From Bugula neritina (Eukaryota > Animalia > Bryozoa): a stretch of DNA of 64,000 nt. Position numbers and translations under genes: made by a program. How positions within the stretch are numbered: position 1 is the stretch's first letter; every line of letters starts with the position of its first letter. Of this stretch, positions 58,301 through 64,000 are shown one piece after another. Location: NCBI GenBank assembly GCA_964035545.1, contig OZ037768.1:19947700-20011699 (forward strand). Direction: 5' to 3'. The notes under the pieces are model-generated. The model saw only the letters and a list, made by a program, of their open reading frames with translations. It was not told the DNA's origin and did no database searches.

Positions 58301-61300
58301 ATACTTCGTCTATAATTATTTATTCATGCTTGAAAGAACACAGCAAGTTGCTTGGGCGCGATGTAGATTAGAAAAGTTGCATGCAAAATTAAATGAACAT
58401 CAATGAACACGTTGCCACTAACATGTCAGTCGGTAGCAAAACAAACTTATTTATTCACGCTTGAAAGAAAATAGCATTATTAGATTATAAGAAATGCATG
58501 CAAAAATGAATGAACATCAATGAACACATTGGCGCTCACATGTTAGTTGCCTGCAAAAAAAAATTTCTCTACGATTTTGACCAAAAATAGATAAATATAG
58601 GTAGCTGTAGCATCTTGACATTTTATCAAACTTATTCTGTTCATGGAAATTGTTTTGCTCATGGTACATGATATTAGGTAGATGATTCATTTCATTGACT
58701 TTGATTTGATTACTGCTGACTTTCAATGAAGAGTTTTCACACTAAAAGGCTGAAATGCTGAATAACAGAATTATGTATGTATTTTTGTGGTTGCCAGCAA
58801 ACTACAATTTCTTTGTAACTGACAAAAACTAAAAATCTGGCTAAAGTGTTTTGGCTAAGGCATCTTGACTGTGTTATCTAAATTTTATATTTATAGAAAT
58901 TGTGTTGCTTTTGGTACACAAACTTTGTTAGCCAATTCACGCTATTGAATTTGATATGCATAATAGTTACTGCTGATTTTTAAATGAAAGTTTTCATGTT
59001 GAGTAACTGAAATGTGTAATTTTAGAAAACAAGGAGTTATCCTGTGGAATTCCTGGTGATATCTTTGGTATGACATGTACAGGTTCAACTTTGTCAGCTG
59101 ACACTCCTGACTGGCAGCGTTACCCTGATGGCACAGAACTTCCTTGTAGTTGTCAGTCTGGATTTCATCAAGGTGAGTAAAACTGGGACGTATTTAACTA
59201 TAACAAATATTCATTGAGTAACTTGCACTGTGGTTTTTGATCGAATGGCTTTTCAACAATCTGAATTTGTTGCAATTTCTTTATTTTTAGTTTCTGAAGA
59301 GCCAATCATTGTATGTAATGGGACAAGCAGGCAGTGGACACCAACATATGGAATGCCTTGCATTGGTAAATATATTGAAGACTCCTGCTTAAGTGTTTTC
59401 AATCATATGTAAGCAGTATTATATTTTACTTGCTTTATTTTGCACCCGATTCCTGTTTGTGCAGCTGATACCAACCTGTCAAACCTAACAGAAGATTCAA
59501 AGTCGCAGCTAATCAGTTTAGACAATGGACTTCATCTACTTGTGGAATGTAATGAAAATAGCTCCATGTCACCATCTTATCCTTCTAGAAGGGAACTTCT
59601 TGAGGTTCAGAATTTGACAGATTCTCCTATCAACTGTTACAGTAAGTGAAGTTATTAACTTGCAGCTGAAGTAATACTGGATGTTGATTATGGAATACTT
59701 TTATGTCTTCATGTTTACAGTTTCTATAAATGTCACCAACTTTTAATTTATAGCCGGATGCCAAGCAAATGATATAAAGTCAGCAATTCAATATTCGCGG
59801 TTAATTCCTCATCACCATGTTTATTCTATTGGAGCTGAAGTTGTAATAGGTTGTCAGGAGGGGAAAGCAATAGACAATGAATTTGGTAAATACTTTTGTA
59901 CATTAGCTTATGGAAGATATTGTGCATATTGTGTATTATATTATGTGTAATGTAGATATTACATTAGAACAATATTGTGTTTATTGTTTCTTAGGCTATG
60001 TTGTTGCTAAATGCGAGCTGACTGCAAATCAAGCAGTTGAATGGTCATTTCCTTCTAACCTGTCTTGTAAAAGTAAGTTTTTATGTTCTTTGATTTCATC
60101 AACAAAATATGAATTCCGCATATAAATTACTCTTGAATCATTCCAACTGTTTCTGTTGTTGAGTTAACATTATTATTTTTTAGACTTCATATTTCATTCA
60201 TCATCAACAACAACTTTAAGGAATCACAAGTAAGTTAGAGAGCAATTGTGTTATATTTTTATGTATATAGTTGATTTTGTGTATATAATTTTGATTTTTC
60301 TATTATTCAGTCACATAATTTCTCTGTCACATCTTACAAGTTTTTAGTTCATATGTTGCAAAAGTTTATGACTCTTTGGTATTTGTAGGAACCTTGGGCC
60401 ACTGGAGTATTCAGGTCTGTTGGGTTTATTTTATTATCTCCTCGTGTCTGTAATAAAAGTAGATGAAGATGCAGTTTCTTATTAATTAATTTTCGCAACA
60501 AAAGATATCTTTTTAATTAATTCTTTCTTAGTCTAAAGTTTGCTCCAACCTTATATCCTGTTTACAACTGTTTCATGGTGTGTAACCTTGAAAAAAACTT
60601 TTCTCTATAAAATTAAAACTACAAAAATATGCAGATTTTGATGTGTGTAGTACATTTCATAGACAAGTTAACAAAGATAGCTATCCAAGTAGAAGTCAGT
60701 TCAAATGCCGGTCATAAAAACAGACTAACCGACACTGCTCTGAGCAACTCCTGGGTTTCTGAAGCTACTTCACAACAATGGCTTATGGCAACATGGACTG
60801 GGATATATACTGTAACCGTTATTAGACTCTATTTACCAGGGATACTAGGTAAATCAGTTAATTCATAAACCAGTGGATGTTTTACAAGTAACAATAGTAA
60901 CCTTCATGTTTCAATTATATTTCTACATGCAACTTTGATGTTATAAACGAATACTATAATGGTTTATTGACCTTTCGTGTTATGTCCTGCACACTTGTGT
61001 TGTAGCGAACATTCATGTGATGTCCACGATGGTATCCAACACCACAGACCCACCTTCTATAAACAGTAATAGTTGGTTATTAGATGAATACATAGAGGGT
61101 GCATTTACACAGAATATTACAGACCTCCACTATGATGTAGGAGATATAGTGGGATACGCCGTAGCTCTTCTGTCTGGATACAGTGAAGGGTTGGGAGTGA
61201 AAGAGCTAGAGGTTTATGGCATTGGTGAGATCCAAACTAATTTGGTTATACATTTGAATATTGTTCATCAACAGTACTTTATAAGCAGCATAGAAATTGC

Positions 61301-63824
61301 AGATCCATTTTTTTCCAGTTTAAGTTGGCAATTTTCAATTAAATGTAGTGCTTTCTGGTAGTATAATATGTTAGTATTGTAGGTAACCTCTTAACTAACC
61401 AACATTCCGTCTCATCTAAGAGTGGAAATCCGAACCTTGCAGTAGATGGATTGTTAGTGAGAGTTCCAGAAATTACATCTGTATTCAGATCAGATCCTGG
61501 TCTGAATGAGTGGTGGTCTGTGTTTCTTGGAGATGTCTACCAGATTGGTGTTATATCTGTCATCAACACTGACAATGGTGAGATTGAAGACCTTGTTTTC
61601 ATAGACTTGTGTCTGTACATATCAATATTTACTACTTTCTGTGCTGTATTACACATCAGTCATGACGATCTTTAGTTCATGTTCTGAATAGAATTTTAAA
61701 CTAATTGTTTTGAGTCATCGTTTAACTGAATCGATATTGATATATACACAGCTTATATGTTTAACTGTGCTACAAACAAATGTCAAACAATAAAACTAAC
61801 AAACTTGCATTTTTAGATCTAGGCCTGCCGATAAGGATTCTGCTAGCCATAAAAACCAATGATTCTTGGAATGAAGTTCATGTTCAGGAGAGACCAGTTT
61901 TACATGCAATGGTTCTGAAATTTTCTCCTACAATCAGTGCCTCACACATTGCTCTGTTACATGCAGGAAATGGAACTTTGGTTATAGAAGAGGTCTTTGT
62001 TATTGGTTACAGACTAGGTAAATGTTTTTACCATAATCAGTTTTAACACGCATTGCTGTACCATGAGAAATATTACTCCTGTTTAATGTATGCATTTAAT
62101 GGCATAAAATTTGTAATTTACCTGTATAGATGACTACACTGCATTACCGACTACCACCATTCAGCCTGGAACACATGGAAATACAGTTTGGTTGACAGTC
62201 AACTTGGGGGTTTCAAGACGAGTTTACTCTATCATTGTCTTTTTCGATAGCTCTAGTAAGTGGACAGTTTCTATGTTTTATTTTTTTTCTTTTCTGGTTT
62301 TTATTTTTTTTTTGCAGCTATTTAAGTCAGGTGCCAATATTCATTGCCCACTGGATATATATGTTGAACGGTTTATTGATGTCTATATATACCACATCAT
62401 GCTCTATGTTTGTACTCTACTTTATTGTTGATTATATTTAATTAATCTTTCCTTGAATTGAAAATTTAAAAAATATAAAGAGAGCTAGCTGTATGGAACT
62501 TGTGTGTTGTGTTTGTAGATTCTCCTAGCAGTACAGCTGATGTGCATGTACTAACATCTCAAGCTAAATCTATTAAGAACATTGTATTGGTGAATGACCG
62601 AGTCTGGTCGAGAAGATCTTTGGAAAAACTTAGAGCTCCATATGGAGTTGTGTCACTGAGTCCTCCTCAGTATATTCAACACGTTGCTCTACTCACAGCT
62701 TCTGATAGTAACTTACGAATTTCTGAAGTGATGGTTCTTGGAAGAGGTTAGTGAAGTATTCTGTATGTCAATATCAATATTTAGAAACTGATATTTTGTG
62801 TGTTGCGCTTGTAAACTGAGTAAAGCTTTTGTGATTTGGGCAAAGTGTCACAATCCTTTGCCTACCCTAGTTGTTCTCTTGCATTTTATATGTTGACTTT
62901 TTAAGCAAGTTGCTGTGTAACAGAGGTATATTGTATTGTATGTTCTGTTTCTAGGACAAGGGTGTATGTTTAAAACTGGTATGGAGAATTTTGCTTCCTA
63001 TGCTGAAGATAACTTTGACTTGAACAACAGGCATGTTGGTAGTAGTTTTAATCTGGATTGTAAATCAAAACTATGGCAGAAGAAGTGTGAAAACTGTTCC
63101 TCAAAAGTATTCTGTGTGTACGAGATTGGCAGTGATGGAACCAGCTTTGATATGGTGTGGGATGTGACTGAGCAGCAGAAACTCTACTGTAGAAGTATGC
63201 CTCTACTTTTAATCTCAATTCTAACATCAAACCAATCAATACAGTATTTATTTTAACAAGTTCACATGTTGTAGTTTTCAAAAACTTCTATGTTTTCAGA
63301 TTCTAGTGTATGTCTGGTCAGTGATATTCAGTTCTCTGCTATTTCTCTTCCTTCTCACTTTTCTATAAGATCTGAGGCTGAGTATATTTTTCCCGGAGAT
63401 TCTATTTCTGTCTATTGTCCTGATTCATCAGCAACACCACGTTACACACTGCTTTGCTCGTAAGTTTATTAATAAAGTGTATCCAATTACCTGCTATTAT
63501 AAGCATTTAATTAAACTGCTACATTTAATACCTATTATGTTATACAATGCAGGTCTTCATTAACATGGCAACTGGAATCAAATTTCTCGATGTCTTGTCC
63601 ACAAGAAGACATGACTGGCAAGAACTTGGCTTCTTTGGGCTCTGCCACTCAGAGTTCAATATCTCTAGGAAGTGCTGATGTAGCGATTGATGGTGTATTT
63701 AATTTTACTAGAGGTGTTGACGTGTACACAGCAACTTTGTGGGCACCTGACCAATGGTGGAAAGTAGATCTTGGTCATATCATTGCACTATCTCAGGTCG
63801 TCGTCGCCTTCCCTTATGATCAAG
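581..63824 (+). CDS. Giant multi-exon gene (partial at both ends): extracellular F-type-lectin-like / sushi(CCP)-like super-repeat protein, about 156 exons, at least ~8,900 aa
   Basis: Every exon has a pyrimidine-rich AG acceptor and a GT donor. Phases chain (mostly 1-1, with 1-2/2-1 pairs) without an in-frame stop across the window. Recurrent motifs NLA..K...QSS...A..AVDG...QWW.VDL / ARHVAL...L.L.EVEVYG and C..P...C...C...W.P..C. No intergenic gap, start or stop between units. Confidence 0.85.
764..1309 (+). repeat. 30-bp intronic minisatellite, ~18 copies (GCATGTAAATACCTATTAGTAATATATACA)
   Basis: GCATG recurs at 764, 794, 824 ... 1034, 1066 ... 1276, 1304. Confidence 0.97.
4905..9483 (+). 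CDS. Unit 1: cluster of ~6 sushi/CCP-like domains plus one 2-Cys domain
   Basis: Exons 4905-5100, 5364-5413, 5888-6067, 6413-6587, 7131-7189, 7298-7498, 8031-8165, 8294-8374, 8803-8988, 9110-9247, 9388-9483; Cys/Trp spacing such as CQPP...C.NG...C...WIPPLDC. Confidence 0.75.
6571..6846 (+). repeat. 18-bp intronic minisatellite (TACGTCTGCACTGTGTAA) with ~95-bp higher-order repeat
   Basis: Repeated gtctgcactgt cores; GAAGTGAAAG variant at 6631, 6726 and 6821. Confidence 0.95.
9934..13518 (+). CDS. Unit 1: linker, three FTP-like domains and a 6-Cys sushi-like domain
   Basis: Exons 9934-10194, 10392-10622, 10877-11071, 11507-11737, 11942-12142, 12281-12505, 13282-13518 (ENAVDG...HQWWRVDLL; LLRHVAIL...TEVELFG). 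Confidence 0.82.
11520..14596 (+). repeat. ~3 kb segment duplicated/converted with 34390-36960 and 52640-55190
   Basis: Exons and most introns are near-identical among the three copies (e.g. intron 13519-13699 vs 54113-54292). Similarity starts inside exon 11507 and ends just after donor 14585. Confidence 0.88.
13700..17696 (+). CDS. Unit 2: sushi-like domain plus three FTP-like domains
   Basis: Exons 13700-13883, 13989-14260, 14351-14584, 14767-14952, 15224-15460, 16035-16226, 17484-17696 (NLATNKETYQS...LAIDG...QWWQLDLG). Confidence 0.83.
19393..23277 (+). CDS. Unit 2: sushi/CCP-like cluster and two linker micro-exons
   Basis: Exons 19393-19591, 19789-19841, 20026-20211, 20458-20623, 20813-20871, 20971-21180, 21539-21685, 21805-21879, 22131-22307, 22430-22561, 22669-22746, 23052-23097 (46 nt), 23252-23277 (26 nt). 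Confidence 0.77.
23510..26318 (+). CDS. Unit 2: three FTP-like domains (third with shortened N-half) plus 6-Cys sushi-like domain
   Basis: Exons 23510-23695, 24091-24309, 24474-24668, 24928-25152, 25265-25390, 25619-25852, 26079-26318. Confidence 0.82.
25980..26004. repeat. Poly-C tract (~24 nt)
   Basis: Direct reading; the paralogous position (~62865) has only CCC. Confidence 0.9.
26687..29365 (+). CDS. Unit 3: sushi-like domain plus three FTP-like domains
   Basis: Exons 26687-26846, 26937-27208, 27439-27672, 28036-28224, 28340-28558, 28737-28925, 29147-29365 (NLALGKPTAMRST...LAVDG...QWWMVDLE). Confidence 0.85.
29579..33234 (+). CDS. Unit 3: sushi/CCP-like cluster and two linker micro-exons
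   Basis: Exons 29579-29771, 29979-30022, 30163-30348, 30445-30610, 30805-30863, 31044-31244, 31488-31706, 32019-32204, 32546-32677, 32800-32910, 33048-33087, 33209-33234. Confidence 0.78.
33378..35901 (+). CDS. Unit 3: three FTP-like domains plus 6-Cys sushi-like domain
   Basis: Exons 33378-33572, 33730-33960, 34083-34286, 34380-34610, 34815-35015, 35134-35358, 35665-35901. Confidence 0.83.
36072..37622 (+). CDS. Unit 4: sushi-like domain plus two FTP-like domains
   Basis: Exons 36072-36255, 36361-36632, 36723-36956, 37080-37259, 37395-37622. Confidence 0.83.
37746..41642 (+). CDS. Unit 4: sushi/CCP-like cluster and linker micro-exons
   Basis: Exons 37746-37926, 38129-38181, 38325-38510, 38643-38808, 38897-38958, 39194-39403, 39771-39917, 40034-40108, 40702-40878, 40991-41122, 41223-41300, 41412-41457, 41617-41642. 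Confidence 0.78.
40164..40690 (-). mobile_element. Truncated non-LTR retrotransposon (LINE; CR1/L2/Jockey-like) ORF2 C-terminal fragment, frameshifted
   Basis: Minus strand reads DINLNWCAHINSLRTQLNKVTGMIYLASKFLPYKALILLYNSLINSKLTYCLEAWG...LLLIQKRIIRII, then after a frameshift TYLTR...WNKLPLTLR...SFATFK, typical of the post-RT region of LINE ORF2. Absent from the paralogous intron 59366-59464. Confidence 0.88.
41888..44589 (+). CDS. Unit 4: three FTP-like domains plus 6-Cys sushi-like domain
   Basis: Exons 41888-42073, 42231-42449, 42595-42789, 43044-43268, 43381-43506, 43757-43990, 44350-44589; close paralogs of 23510-26318. Confidence 0.82.
44832..53630 (+). CDS. Unit 5 (recent duplicate of unit 3): sushi, 3 FTP, sushi cluster, linker, 3 FTP
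   Basis: Exons 44832-44991, 45082-45353, 45581-45814, 46131-46319, 46436-46654, 46793-46981, 47180-47398, 47550-47745, 47946-47989, 48141-48326, 48423-48588, 48878-48936, 49069-49269, 49563-49781, 50165-50350, 50639-50770, 50892-51002, 51208-51247, 51390-51415, 51564-51758, 51932-52162, 52285-52488, 52630-52860, 53067-53267, 53406-53630. Confidence 0.82.
52546..52598. repeat. (CA)n/(CACACG)n microsatellite
   Basis: Direct reading; the paralogous intron (~34330) has only a short acacac seed. Confidence 0.95.
53876..63194 (+). CDS. End of unit 5 (6-Cys domain) and unit 6 (recent duplicate of unit 4)
   Basis: Exons 53876-54112, 54293-54476, 54582-54853, 54944-55177, 55299-55478, 55614-55841, 55965-56145, 56859-56911, 57235-57420, 57535-57700, 57787-57848, 58084-58293, 59026-59172, 59291-59365, 59465-59641, 59754-59885, 59995-60072, 60184-60229, 60389-60414, 60663-60848, 61006-61224, 61383-61577, 61817-62017, 62130-62255, 62519-62746, 62955-63194. 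Confidence 0.82.
56160..56588. mobile_element. ~429-bp non-autonomous DNA transposon (MITE), PIF/Harbinger-like
   Basis: Imperfect 15-bp TIRs (ATTTGCGTTTATACC / GGTATAAAGGCAACT, 13/15 match) flanked by TAA duplication (56157-56159, 56589-56591). The empty site cccTAAgtgtc is present in the paralogous intron at ~37935. Confidence 0.82.
63300..63824 (+). CDS. Start of unit 7 (third copy of the unit 3/5 type); gene continues beyond window
   Basis: Exons 63300-63459 and 63553-63824 are paralogous to 26687-27208 and 44832-45353 and end at a phase-1 donor. Confidence 0.82.
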
Positions 63825-64000
63825 GTTTGTTGAATCAAATCATTTTACATAGAAAAAATAGCATACAAGTTGCTATATTTTGTTATTTAGAATACTTCCA
63901 TTCAGCTGTTGATAAATTCACAGCACTACTTATCTATTTTACTTATGGTTTTGGTTTTGCATTGTTTTGGGACGCTTTAGATTATATTTTGTTCATGAAC

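Larger units (their letters stand above)
20965..64000 (+). repeat. Intragenic tandem segmental duplication, period ~18.2-18.8 kb (about 2.3 copies)
   Basis: Paralogous exon starts 23510/41888/60663, 26687/44832/63300 and 35665/53876. Exons are near-identical and many introns are alignable. Confidence 0.92.

Noticed and set aside
26687-63824. 18-kb repeats as an assembly duplication artefact
   Set aside because: Copies differ by many substitutions, wholly different introns and copy-specific TE insertions; more than two collinear copies are present. Read-level confirmation is still advisable.
581-63824. Cluster of separate tandem genes or pseudogenes
   Set aside because: No start/signal peptide, terminal exon or intergenic spacer between units, and no frameshift or stop found in the traced exons.

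Overview
AT-rich, intron-dense animal (probably invertebrate) genomic DNA. The whole window is an internal segment of what reads as one giant + strand gene. By hand I traced about 156 GT-AG exons (581-63824) that are all phase-compatible and splice into one uninterrupted ORF of about 26.8 kb (about 8,900 aa). There is no start, signal peptide, TM helix or stop inside the window. The protein is a super-repeat of ~1,350-1,540 aa units: [sushi/CCP-like]-[2-3 F-type-lectin (FTP/fucolectin-like) domains]-[~6 sushi/CCP-like + one 2-Cys domain]-[S/T linker]-[3 FTP domains]-[6-Cys sushi-like]. There are six full units plus the start of a seventh, with about 34 FTP-like and about 48 sushi-like domains. 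The units alternate in two types, giving a recent ~18.2-18.8 kb higher-order tandem duplication. The FTP domains mostly keep the AVDG and WWxVDL signatures but lack the canonical fucose-binding H...RxD...R residues, and each is split into two half-domain exons by a phase-1 intron. The array shows patchwork and exon-confined homogenisation, precise intron presence/absence differences between paralogous modules, two minisatellites grown out of splice-donor sites, a copy-specific LINE fragment and a copy-specific TAA-TSD MITE. Exon coordinates were read by eye, and splicing is inferred, not observed.
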